Assembly: GCF_963506605.1 (NCBI RefSeq)
Contig: NC_083279.1
Coordinates: forward strand, 28,086,001-28,150,000
DNA from: Zootoca vivipara
Lineage: Eukaryota
DNA: 64,000 nucleotides
Direction: 5' to 3'
The notes below the pieces were generated by a model, which did no database searches, was not told where the DNA came from, and saw only the letters and a list, made by a program, of their open reading frames with translations. Of the stretch, positions 1 to 12,900 are shown piece by piece; position 1 is the first letter of the stretch; each line of letters starts with the position of its first letter. The position numbers and the translations under genes were made by a program.

Positions 1-67
1 CCAGTGGTCGAGGAAGATGTGAATTGTAGTCCAAAACATCTGGAGGGCCGAAGTTTGGGGGTGCCTG
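1..67. mobile_element. ~136-bp hAT-type MITE (right half)
   Basis: Matches the 3' half of 14546-14681. Confidence 0.75.
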
Positions 68-807
68 CTCTAGCCTGTAATATAAGGCTGTAAAATCACA
101 GAAGGATATTGTAATGATTCCATAGTTCATTAGCCACTGCTTGTGAGGTCAGGGCTGGGCCAAGACATTTGTTGCCTCGGGCAGTAGACAAGATGGTGTA
201 ACCATCTCCATTCCACATGCAGAAGTTGACTGGACTGGCAGCCGAATCTTACATTTGTACAGGCACTAGGACCGCATCCTTCACTGCACCTGAGGTTAGC
301 AAGCTTGTTTAGGGTGCCGCATGACACACAGAGCTCTGTCCACGCCTTTCCCTTCACCATTTGATACCTGGGGCAGCTGCCACACTCTGCCTCATGGTAT
401 GTTTGGCACCAAGCAATGCCCACAGAAGATTTAGTAGGCTGTTATCGCTTACATAGTTATTATTAATTGCTTTCATCCAGTTTTGCTTGAACTGCTCTTC
501 TACAAGGACATTAGAATCTAAGAGTTATAATCACAAAAAGGGAAATTTTGACTCTTGCTGGGAGCTATCGATGCAGAATTAACCACAGGTATAAAAAAAA
601 TTCCCCTGCCTTTCATCAATATTAAAGATAATTAACTACCTGAGATCATTTATGATCCTCTTTTGTCACCTGCCGTTTTAGATCAAACATTATCATATTT
701 ATTTGTTGCTGGCTTCCATTTCAAATTTTGGATTATATTATTTTACTTTACTTCTATTTGTTATTGTGGGGAAGACCATGAAGGATTTTCACATTCCAGT
801 TTAGAAT

Positions 808-1327
808 GTGGTCAGACCTCACCTGGAGTACTGTGTCCAGTTCTGGGCACCACAGTTCAAGGATACTGACAAGCTGGAACGTGTCCAGAAGAGGGCAACC
901 AAAATGGTCAAAGGCCTAGAAATGATGCCTTATGAGGAACGGCTTAGGGAGCTGGGTATGTTTAGCCTGGAGAAGAGAAGGTTAAGGGGTGATATAATAG
1001 CCATGTTCAAATATATAAAAGGATGTCATATAGAGGAGGGAGAAAGGTTGTTTTCTGCTGCTCCAGAGAAGCGGACACGGAGCAATGGATTCAAACTACA
1101 AGAAAGAAGATTCCACCTAAACATTAGGAAGAACTTCCTGACAGTAAGAGCTAGTCGGCAGTGGAATTTGCTGCCAAGAAGTGTGGTGGAGTCTCCTTCT
1201 TTGGAGGTCTTTAAGCAGAGTCTTGACAGCCATATGTCAAGAATGCTTTGATGGTGTTTCCTGCTTGGCAGGGGGTTGGACTGGATGGCCCTTGTGGTTT
1301 CTGCCAACTCTATGATTCTATGATTCT
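808..1327 (+). mobile_element. CR1 LINE 3' fragment (young)
   Basis: [14 protein letters not shown]...[12 protein letters not shown]2 C-terminus; (ATTCTATG)n tail. Confidence 0.95.
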
Positions 1328-1629
1328 AGAACTTTGGCCAACGGCAAGATACTACAGAAAAATCCCGAAAAGCCTCTCTGAAGAAATGGAGAGCCTCTCC
1401 TGAGCAATATTTGTATTTGACCAATGGCAGATAGAAATGAAGTTATTCTAATAATACAGTCATCTAATAGTGAGATTGTAAAAAAGAAAAGAAAAGAAAA
1501 GGTGCATTTTCAACGTAAGTTGTGAAAATCCAAGATATTCAAGTCATGGTTGCTTCTAACAGTCTGAAATATTATTTCTAGCCTCCATTCCTAGCATCTG
1601 CTAAAATTATCGGTGCTTTAAAAGTATTT

Positions 1630-2040
1630 TCTTAATATCTCATAGGATCTTTAGGTCCAGGGTATCTCAGGAATCACCTGAACTCTCATATCCCAGCACG
1701 ATCACTGAAATCATCTTCAGGTGCGTTGCTGTTCCATCCCTGAGTTTGTGAGTCACATTTGACAACAACGAAAAACTGAGTCTTTAGTGCCATCGGTCGA
1801 GACACTCTGCCAATAGAGATCCAGTGTGCCTTCTGTGCCAACTTTTAAAATGCTGATGAAAACCTTTTTATTCCACCAGCGCCTATGCAAGCAATCTCCT
1901 ACAATGGTTTAAGGGTGCTTGTCTTCTACTCTTCTGCTTTTAAATTATTTTTATGCTTTTGTTGTTTGGCTTTTATCTTTTTTAACGTTGTAAACTGCTT
2001 TGATAGGTTTCATGATTTAGCGGTATACTTTTAATACATA
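1630..2040 (+). mobile_element. Old L2 3' fragment
   Basis: LGPGYLR..L-type remnant and T-rich 3' UTR; boundaries approximate. Confidence 0.45.
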
Positions 2041-5000
2041 AATGTACATTCCTTTAAAAAAGAAAACACTAGTATGCAATGGCAGATCATACCAGCGCAT
2101 TAAGTAGCTCATTTCTAAATACTAAAGAATATAAGTTTTCTCACTAACCTTTCTCAAATATTGGACAGTCATTGTTAGCCTTTATAAAGTTAATGCCACA
2201 AACCTGGGGACAGAAGAGAATCAACCACCTTTCAGGTCCAAAAACTTTGTAGAGTCTCATGATGAAGCACCAAACATCTTCTTTCCAGAAAATTCCACCC
2301 CAAAGTTGCCTTGCCCCTTGTTACTGTAATCCTGGAAGAATAGAGTGTGGGTCTTATATGGCAACAGTTCAATATAAAAAGACTGGAAAGTCTACAGTAC
2401 TCCTTAAATGGAAATATAAAAGACTCATCAATATCTCAAATCACCCTTATGTCTGATGAGAGCTCAAAACAGCCGTACCACATCTCGCTTTTTAAAGCTC
2501 TATTGAAGAGGAAAAACCTGTTGCTGCATTCTGATCTCCTCCTCTTTAAAATCAGCTTTTGGCATTATGGAAGTGCGCACATTTGCTGATGGTGAAGACC
2601 ATGAAATTTAGCACCCTGTAGAGTAGTTCCATTGTATGGAATGCCTGCTGTACACCGAACTTCCCAGTGTACACTTCTCGCTGCGTAAGGAAAGCTACAG
2701 AAGCAAGTCTAATCCGTATCCTACCGGATAGAAGTGGAAACTCACAAGCAGGTGTGTGGCAAGAAGAGCTTCGCTCCTCTCCTTTAAACGGGTTTTACCC
2801 GTTTGCAGAGTTGTAGGCAGGGTAGTCGTTAGGGCAAAGCAAACAATTATGCACCAACTTCCAAACAGCACAAATCAAAACTCTGAAAGGGGTGGCTTCA
2901 TTCCCAACACTGGGGGTGGCGTGGGTGTGCTGAGCTCTCTCCAGAGACAAGTTGGAAAAGAGAATCTCCTTTGAAACAAACATGGAATTTCACGCAGGAA
3001 ATTCTTCTGGCCCCTGATTGAGTAAGAGCCATCTGTATGACAGACCAAACAAGTTGAGAGGGAAAATGTGCTTAAAATGTATGGTGTGTATATGCAATCC
3101 AGAGGCTGATATTACCCAACTGCACCTCTGTTTCAAATCATGGTTGCTTCAGAAAAGAGGAGGATATTTTTAGCTCCTCATTTTGAAGTTGTGGGAGGGG
3201 GAGAGAGCGAGCACACGCATGTGTGTCTGTGGTAATTCACAAGAAGAGAAGTCAAACTCTCTCAAATCTCAGCGGATCTCTTGCAGCAAAACAAGTTGGA
3301 ACAGTTCTTCAACTCTAAATTGAAAGGGACACTCCAAGAGCGGTGAAGAGCACGAGATCTTTACCGCATGGAAACGATGTGAGAGGAAGTCAAAGTACCA
3401 GGTCAAGAATGGAAAGGATGTCCGTCAAGTAGCTGGAGAAGAGCTAAGAAATTGCCACATCATTTGCACTTACTAAAATGGCATGTACCAAACCCTATGT
3501 ACTTCCTTCTTAGGGGTTACCAGCTACTGAGTTGGCCACTTGGTCTACATATCCTTTTGCTATGGTGATCACCACATCCTCATTCATACTGTTGGTCACC
3601 AGAGGCATATCTAGGGGTTGGTGAAACCAGCCCCTACTGGGGACACAAAATCACCTATCAGACTATGGAGTGTATGGTGCGTGTGTGTGTCGCAATGTGC
3701 CGCTTCTGTCGCAGTGAGATCAAATGCGGGAGAACCTTCCTCGCACCACGGGACAAAAGTGTGTGAATTTTTCCACCCTTCCTCCTTGCCTCAACCTCAT
3801 TCCAGATGCTTTGAATACTTGGATCCTGTAAAACGTAGTTATTCTAATTGCAGTAAAGTGATTTTTTTTTCCATTGGAAGGAGTGATGATGCAGCTCGTT
3901 GCTAAGAGCGCCAGGGACCCTGGGTACGCCTCTGTTGGTCACTGTAGGGAGTGGGTATATATGCAATCACCCCCAAATGAGTGATCCTTGACCATTACAG
4001 TTGAGGTAGGTGGAAAACGTGCTATGGAGTCTGCTGGGCGCATTGCATATAGGACAAGTAGTCTAGGACTTGCATATCTGAAGATCCCATTCATTTTCAG
4101 CGCAAAGCAACCAACCTGACTTCTACACCCTCACCGCATAGCACAATCCATTGCACAAACCCAAGTACACCTAGAAGTAAGCAACCATTCAGTTGGCTGA
4201 ATCAAACTTCCAGCGGCAAGACCCTCAATGCCCTTGGAGTACAGAAACAAAAGGAAAGGCTGACAGGAATTTACAGGGATGGCGACAGAACTTTCCATAG
4301 CTTTCAAAGTTTTACAAATAACAGTTTCTGAAGCAAGTTGTGTATACCACAACCTTAGGCTAGAACATGGTATGGAAAATTGGAGGTTCTTACAAAACAT
4401 GCAGACAATCTTAGCAGCGTTCATCCTTAGCTTCGACTTGGTGTGTGCCCATTTTAAATGTCTATACACGTCTTGCAAATTTCCCGAGGCACAGTTCAAA
4501 ATAGGTCTCAACAAGCAAAACTCAGAAATATATATTCACCCAGCAAGAATGTTCCCGTTCAATGTGCCAGACAGCGTTCTATTGTTGTGTCCATGATCGC
4601 AAGATCTAGTTCCTCATTAATCAATGCCAGTTCTTCAGAGCTCATTAGCATATGTGATCAGGGGTTGGGGGGGGGAGGTTGGTGACCATATGTATCAATT
4701 TTCACTTCCTGAACTCGGTTGCTATTTCATGACCACAGACTGTCTGAGATTTCAAAATCTTGAGTAGTATGGTGTAATCCACAAATGTAGCCATATTCAC
4801 TGTACATCTGATTCCAGATCATTTATGAATAAATTTAAAAGCAGAAGTCCCAATATAAATTCCATTGCAACACATTCTGCTTGCACCTTCCGCTTTGTTT
4901 AATCAGTCACCAATTCATAAGGAAATCTTTTTGACTGCTAAATTCATTCAGGAGCTTTAAGGGAATGACTTTGCCCAAAGCTTTTGGAAAACAAAATAGA

Positions 5001-5983
5001 TGATGTCTACCAGATTAGCCCCGACTTCACGCTTGTTTGTATGCTTTCAAAGCACTCCAAAACACGTGGCAAGACTTCCTTTTACATAAGTCATGCAGCA
5101 AGGGTTTAAGCCTGCCTTTTTGTTTCATAATAAGGCACTCCAGGAAGTAATCAATGAAGATTAAATACCATGCAATCGTTTTGTTTTATTTTAAATGTAA
5201 GGAATCGGATTGCTGCCGATAATCGGAGACACCAAGAAAACAATGTAGGGGCTATTCAAGTCACAGACATGCCAAGACAAAGATATTTTTGCTTGCTGCC
5301 TAAACCTCACTAGGGCAGGAGCCAAGTTCACCTCTTGAGCCAGGAAATTCCAGAGTTTCGGAACTGCAGCAGGGAAGAATATCCCATGTTTCTGGCAACA
5401 CCACCTCCAGAGATAAGGCACAGAACAGAGCCTCCCCAACAACCTGGGCAAGAGCACATGAGAAGAGTCATTGGGAACCTACCTTAGTTCTTCAGTTACC
5501 TTTGATGCACCTGGCTCAGCATTGTCCACACTGAATGCCAAGCAGCTCTCCGGGGTTTTCATATAGGATTCTTTGGTGAGATGCCAGGAATTGAACCTGG
5601 AACCTAAAGCAGAATTCTGCCACTGAGACACAGCTCTTCTCTAGAAGTCCCTTTCAAGTAACCTGGTCTAAAGCCCATGAGAGCTCAGAATGAACAGAAA
5701 AGCCAGTGGGGTTGATAAAATTCCATTCCTTCCCAATATGGGGAGGAGATACCTTTGCCACACCCTCCTCCCCTGCAAGATGAGGAGAGGTGGACTCTCC
5801 CACAGGGGCCATGTGGGCAACCACATGGGATGATGTGCCCTATAGAAGTGGAAAACAGGCTATTTCAGCCCACTCCATAGATGTCTAATAACGAAGGCAG
5901 AGTAGTGTTTGGGCCTGCCAAGCGCATCAGGGTGAACGCTGGCTGAGAGGGTCACAGTGGGCATGTCAGGTTCATATACCCCA

Positions 5984-6372
5984 GGGACACGGGTGGCGCT
6001 GTGGTCTAAACCACCGAGCCTCTTGGACTTGATGATCAGAAGGTTGGTGGTTCGAATCCCCTCAATGGGGTGGGCTCCCATTGCTCTGTCCCAGCTCCTG
6101 CCAATCTAGCAGTTCGAAAGCATGCCAGTGCAAGTAGATAAATAGGTACCACTGCAGCAGGAAGGTAAACAGTGTTTCCGTGCGCTCTGGCTTCCATCAT
6201 GGTGTTCTATTACTCCAGAAGCAGTTTAGTCATGCTGGCCACATGACCCGGAAGGCTGTCTGTGGACAAACCCCGGCTCCCTCGGCCTAAAGCAAGATGA
6301 GCACTGCACTCCATAGTCGCCATTGACTGGACTTAACCATCCAGGGATCATTTACCTTTTACATTTACCTTA
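5984..6372 (+). mobile_element. Sauria SINE (Squam1), full length
   Basis: GGGAC..GGTGGCGCTGTGG head with A/B boxes (GGTTCGAATCC), TAGGTACC core, (ACCTTT)n-like tail. Confidence 0.9.
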
Positions 6373-6710
6373 CATAAGGAGTACGCAGTAAGGGGGAGGG
6401 GTTTCCTCAGGCCTTGCTGGGTGATCACAGCATGCGCCTGGTAGCTGGCTCAGAAGATGGGAAAGCTGAATGCCTCCAGGCTCCATCAACCCACCTCACT
6501 GCCTGAACCTCATCAGTTTTGGTCAATTTGGTTGAATCATTCTGAATATTCTCTAGTTATTATATTTTAATAAAGATAACCTGTTACCCATCTATCTTGT
6601 CTTGAGTCTTATTGGGTGTGTTGGCAAATATAGTATATGTGTTGTGTTTTGTTTTGTTTTAAAAGGCATCATGGTGTCTTTTAAAGCCAAAAGGTAGAAT
6701 AAATATACTC

Positions 6711-6724
6711 TAAATAAATAAATA
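6711..6724 (-). promoter_or_regulatory. AU-rich element (overlapping AUUUA) in the presumed IL1R1 3'UTR
   Basis: Minus strand reads TATTTATTTATTTA; candidate ATTAAA poly(A) signal at 6571-6566. Confidence 0.45.
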
Positions 6725-7969
6725 GCCGTATACTTTCTTATTAAAAAAACCCCAGCAACAACAAGAAGTTAAAACTATAACTGACACATTTCGGACAAGT
6801 TTCTAAAGTATTTTCAAAGGCAAATCCACAGAATGTGGATGTCAACAAGGCATTAATGATCATGGCTGTGGGACAACGGCCAGCTTTTGACAGGTCTATC
6901 CGATTGCTTAAAATTGATGTTTTCTAATTGATATAGCTGCTCAGGTGCCTTCTTCCTCAACAATGTTTCAGATGTGGGTTTCGCAAAAACCATCCACAAT
7001 AGAGGCAGATATAAAAAAATCATAGGAATCAGTGTATTTGCAAGTTAAATGAATTATGACATAATTACAACAAAATTATTTCACCTATAGAAATAATTAC
7101 ACAGTTGTACAAAAAAAAAGATGATGCCACTTTCTAGCCTTACATATTTGGTTGAGATTTAAAAAGTCAAATCTGGGCTTCCACACCAGAGAATGCACTC
7201 TAAAAATAATGTGAAACATTTCATATTACAGTATAGAGATACAGTTAAAGTGCTCGTGAGTTTGCAAATGTTTGGCCATTTCGAAACATTATGCAAATAA
7301 TCCTTTCAGAAGTGTAAAAAAATAATTACCATCTAATAACTTCACTTAAAGTCACTCGTGTGATTTTTTTTTGCTGCATTAAAGACTATGGCATTACAAT
7401 TTAATTAAAATGTGAATAAATCATAGAGAATTCACTTGCTTTTGCATCTGCTCACTGGTAAGACAATCCACCCAAAAAATATGGTGCTCTCTTACTGTTT
7501 TTCTCCTTGGGAGATACCGTAATAATATGCATAGTATATGGAATTATCCTTTAAAAGGGGGACGAACAGGTATTGAGCAAGTGAAACAAGCTAGAATTGC
7601 TGTTCCAAGTGAGCCCTTATGTTTCAGATTAAAACCTGACTATGTATAAAGTCTGCACATGGGGGGGGGGGGTGGACACACAGTTTCCTTCACATTCGCT
7701 TCCTTCCTCTGTAAAACAATTTTTGGCTCCAGCATTCACATTTTGCCACTTGTCCAAGGAACTCGCTGAACCAAACCGAAAGCTTTCTTCATCCGTGGCT
7801 GATCGCATCCTGGTAGAGAAGGCTCTTCCCAAGTGATCAAAAGTAGACCTTCCTAGGAATTGCAACTCTCAACACCCACTTTCTAGGGTTATTCATGCAG
7901 CACACCTGGAACCATGCCTTGCGCCCCTTGTTTGAACATGTTCAAGAGAACAGTGCATATGTGGTCTTG

Positions 7970-8364
7970 TTATGGCCCTTCTGGTACCCAAGAAGAGTTA
8001 AAAAGTACTGGCAGCAAACGAAACTCCGAGGAAGGTGGTCTTTGGCTGGCTGGCATTTGGTACCTTACATTTTTCCAAAACTTTGTTGATGCCCTTTGAG
8101 ATTTCTCCGAAAGACCCTCTTTCCACCTGAGCACTCCATGTTTTTGTTTAAGGTATTTTAATGATTCCGGCATGTTGTCATAGTCTTTTATTTTATCCAG
8201 CTCAATCAGTATCACTTTAACTCCATCCCGAATAAGAGCGCTGTACATTGCAATTTCATGCTCAGAGGTCAGTCTCTGCGCGCTGAAGCAGGATGAATCC
8301 GGTACCAACACAATGATCACTCTTCTGCATTGCTTCAGAGTTTCGTCAGCAACGCTGACCAGCG
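7970..8364 (-). CDS. IL1R1: IL1R1 last coding exon (TIR C-half and tail)
   Basis: [21 protein letters not shown]...[22 protein letters not shown]...MPESL...[10 protein letters not shown]...stop TAA at 7972-7970. Confidence 0.93.
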
Positions 8365-9880
8365 CTGCAGGTACAAGGAAGGATCAGAATAGGTTAACTA
8401 AGGAATCATATGTACAACTAAATTTGTTTATAAATTAAACATTAAGACTTTTGTTTTCATGAAGAAATATCTAATTCAGGAAAAGCCAACCAGCAGTCAA
8501 TTATGTAAACCCAGCCTTAGTCTTCATTTTCTTTGTCTCCCATCCTTATGGCAGGTGGAACAGGCAACGTTTACAATTCTTACCTGACAGGTAACCCTCA
8601 GAAGAGGCTATGCATTTCCCACTCAGACTGACATAGGAGAGGGAAAGCAGAAGAAGAAATGATGAATGAAATGCATGGGTAAGAAAATACCCAGATGTGT
8701 TACAAGCAGAGTGGACAACATTGTTGAAGGTTAAGACAAAGTGGTAGTCAGGCAGGGGAATTCCACAGCCGAGAGGCCTGGGACAGAACCTTTTTTTAAA
8801 AAAAGTGAAGACAAAAGGGAGTCCTCAAGGCAATACATGAAAGTGTCTCTCCAAAGGTAGAGGTGAGAGAGACATAAGAGAAGCCAGAGGATTATCACTG
8901 AAAAATCCAAGAAGCAAGATGAAATGTCAAGAAAAAGGAAGAAACTGGGTCAAGGAAAAGGCCTGGAATAATGATTAAGAAGGGATTGGGGTGGGCATTA
9001 TGATGATCTAGAACCACAAATGTGGAGGAAAACCACATACACATTTAAATCAACACATGAAGCTGCTATATACAGAGTCAAGCCATTAGTCCAATTAGCT
9101 AAGTCTTGCCTATACTAGCAGCAGCTCTCCAAGGTTTCAGCAATCTTAGCCTACATGGAACTGCCAAAGATGGAAACTGGGACCTTCTGCGTGCAAAGTA
9201 TGGGCTCTAACCCACACAGGGTTGAGCGTTGCCCCCAGCTTTAAAAGTGAAGTAAATAAAGTGACATGCAATGGGTACCTAACTGGTCTCCTGTCCAGGC
9301 ACTGACCAGAACCAAGCCTGCTTAGCTTCAGCAAGGTGGCCGAATAATGTATGCCCTCAGACCTTGCTCCAGGACCATGGCTTGTATCTGATCTTTTTAA
9401 ATGGAAATGCCAAGGAGTGATCTTTGGACCTTTTACAAGCAGCTGAGATGCAATCATAATTTCAAGTGGTTTACCACGGAGGTTGTCTCCGAACAATGCT
9501 CTATCAAACGTAAACACACTTCTTTAATATACATACCTTGCCCTGGCAGATCATCCCTTCCACATATAAAGAGCTTATAGCCACATTGCTTTTCTAAGAC
9601 TTCAGGCAATGCTTTCAGGACAAAGATATCAGATGAATATGCACAGTTGGCTAAATTTTTGGGATACAACACATATGCATCGTAGAGCTTCTCGTCTGAA
9701 ACTAGAGAAAGGTAAATGTAGTTTAGAAACATTGTGCTTTCTAAGTTTTCCTAAAGGAAACGATATCTCGTTCTTTCCTGTTGCTGGAGACTTAGTGTGT
9801 GAACCACCACTATGTGTTTGACTATATCAAATAGATGATATAGATGATATAGATATAGATAGATAGATAGATAGATAGAT

Positions 9881-9924
<44 letters not shown>

Positions 9925-12900
9925 TATTAGTTGTACCCTGCCCATTGGACTGGGTTCCCCCAGCTACTCTGGGTGGCTTCTGACAAGACTGAGAAATTTT
10001 CACCTATCTTTTTTTATACCATTAGCTGTTAAAAGAACCAAGAGACAAATAATACCAATGAAATCAAAAAAGAACAAGTAACTGCTTCTTATTAAACATA
10101 TGCATGGTCTTCTAGATGTTGCTGAACAGCTAGCATAGCCAATGGTCAGTCATGGCAGCTGCATTCCAACAAGGTCTGGAGGATAATATAATAAGGGTCG
10201 CTATACTATCACTGCCTCTCAGCTGAAACTAGGCAAAGCATTCCAATCCCTCCCTTTTTTTATATATAAAAAAAAGCATAGGCAGAAATGGTGAGTGCAA
10301 CATAATCCCTCCTGGAAGCCTTCAAGCATTGACTCCTTGTTACAGTGGTACCTTGGTTCTCAAACGCCTTGGTACTCAAACAACTTGGAACCCAAACACT
10401 CCAAACCTGGAAGAAAGTGTTCCGGTTTGCGAACTTTTTTTGGAAGCCAAACATGCTCCATTTTGAGTGTTACGCTTCCGATCTGAGTGCCACACTTCCA
10501 TTTTGAGTGTTACACTGAGGTCTGTCTGTTTTTGCCATTTATTTTGCGTTTTTGTTTTCTGCAGATTTTTTGTTTTGTTTTTGTGACTGTGTGGAACCCA
10601 GTTCAGCTACTGATTGATTGATTTATTGATTGATTGTGTGACTGCAGTACATTGTTTATTGCTTTCATTTTATGGGTCAATGGTCTTGTTCGATAGCAAA
10701 ATTCATGTTAATTTGCTGTTTTAGGGGTTGTTTTTAAAAGTCTGGAACAAATTAATCCATTTTGCATTACTTTTTATGGGAAAGCGCACCTTGGTTTTGG
10801 AACACTTTGGTTTTGGAATGGACTTCTGGAACAGATGAAGTTTAAGAACCAAGGTACAGCGAAATTTAGAAATGATGGGGAAGAGAAACCCTTTTGTTTC
10901 TCATTGGCCACTAGATGGCATCAAGCTATTGAAAATACAGCAGCAGACTTACCTCTTTTACCGAGAAGAACCTGGCAGGACTCCCGATACCAAAGCACAA
11001 TGTCAACTTTGAAAAACTTGTAGATGAGCAGAGCTGCCAGTATAACAAGAAGCGGGGAAACAAGACCTCCAATCAAATAACCCTGAAAGTTTCGAGCTGT
11101 ATTGGCAAAGGTAAAACAAGAAGTGAAAGAAAAGCGAGGCAAATAAATAATAATGCACAGTGTCATGGCGACAGATTGCGTAAGAAGTTCATGCCCACAT
11201 AAGAAGATGGCTCTGAATCAGGCCAATGGCCCATGCAGTCCAGCATCCTGTTCTCACAGTGGCCGACCAGATACCAGTGGGGAAACTTGCAAGCAGGAGT
11301 CAAGCCCAAGAGTACTCTCCCCTTCTGTGGTTTGCAGCAACTGGTATTCAGAAGCACCGTTTCCTCCAACTGTGGAGGCAGAGCACGGCAATCATGGCTA
11401 GTAACCCCTGATGGTCCTCTCCTCCAAGAATTTGTCTAATCCTCCTTTAAAGCCATCTTGCTTGGTGGCCATCACTGCTTCCTGTAGGAGCAGGCTCCAT
11501 AGTTTAACTATGTGTGAATAGTTGTACTTGTCTTTTCCCTATCTAGAATCTTCTAATGTTCAGCTTCATTGGATGTCTCCAGCCTCTCGCCTTATGAGAA
11601 AACATATCCACATCGGGAATAATTTTCATCTAAACTTAAAAGTCCCAGGTGCTGCCATGTTCCATCATAGGGGAATTGCTCCACCCCCTTGATCGTTTTG
11701 CTTGCCCTTTTCTGAACCTTTTCCAGCTCTACAATAGCAATTTTGAGGTGAGAAGACCAGGACTGTAACACTGGCGTGTGGGTCAGTGGAATCATAGAAT
11801 CATAGAGTTGGAAGAGACCACAAGGGCCATCCAGTCCAACCCCCTGCCAAGCAGGAAACACCATCAAAGCATTCTTGACATATGGCTGTCAAGACTCTGC
11901 TTAAAGACCTCCAAAGAAGGAGACTCCACCACACTTCTTGGCAGCAAATTCCACTGTCGAACAGCTCTTACTGTCAGGAAGTTCTTCCTAATGTTTAGGT
12001 GGAATCTTCTTTCTTGTAGTTTGAATCCATTGCTCCGTGTCCGCTTCTCTGGAGCAGCAGAAAACAACCTTTCTCCCTCCTCTATATGACATCCTTTTAT
12101 ATATTTGAACATGGCTATCATATCACCCCTTAACCTTCTCTTCTCCAGGCTAAACATACCCAGCTCCCTAAGCCGTTCCTCATAAGGTATCGTTTGCAGG
12201 CCTTTGACCATTTTGGTTGCCCTCTTCTGGACACCTTGTCAGTATCCTTCTTGAACTGTGGTGCCCAGAACTGGACACAGTACTCCAGGTGAGGTCTGAC
12301 CAGAGCAGAATACAGTGGTACTATTACTTCCCTTGATCTAGATGCTATACTCCTATTGATGCAGCCCAGAATTGCATTGACTAGGGAGACAAGGCTAGTA
12401 CCCTAAATGTTCCTGGTAAATTAGAGTAATGAAGTACTCAGACCTGGCACATCCTTCCCAAAGCCCAGGAAGTTTGTGCCCAGCCTGGAGAGGGTGGCAT
12501 GATAATCCCACAGGGTCCAAGAGCCCTCCTGCCACCTTCCCAAAGCCCACCCAGCTGCTTTCAGCATTTGACTTCCACCACCCCGGAAAAATTCCTGTGG
12601 ACACCTATGGCTACAATTCTTTCCCATAATATTGCCTGCCCAAATAGAAGCATTTTTTTAAAAAGTATTCTAAAACAAATGTTACCAAGCGTGTTTCTGA
12701 TGCCTGCTTTGTCCCTTTCACTTGTTGCACTAGCTGTGTGTACAACAGAAAACCACACAACATGAGGCTGCACAACAGCATCCTATATGTAAAAAAACTT
12801 ACCTGGGGGTTTTAGCATGATGTATACAACTCTTTGAGCAGTTCTAATAGACCATACAGTGCAGTAGTATTTTTTGTAGTGTTTAGGTTTCACTACAGAA

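Noticed and set aside
7629-7865. 78-aa ORF after the IL1R1 stop as an alternative C-terminal tail
   Set aside because: Non-ATG start, an in-frame TGA just upstream, and no phase-compatible donor found in the last exon
9272-9334. 5S rRNA gene
   Set aside because: Partial and degenerate; better explained as a 5S-derived SINE fragment
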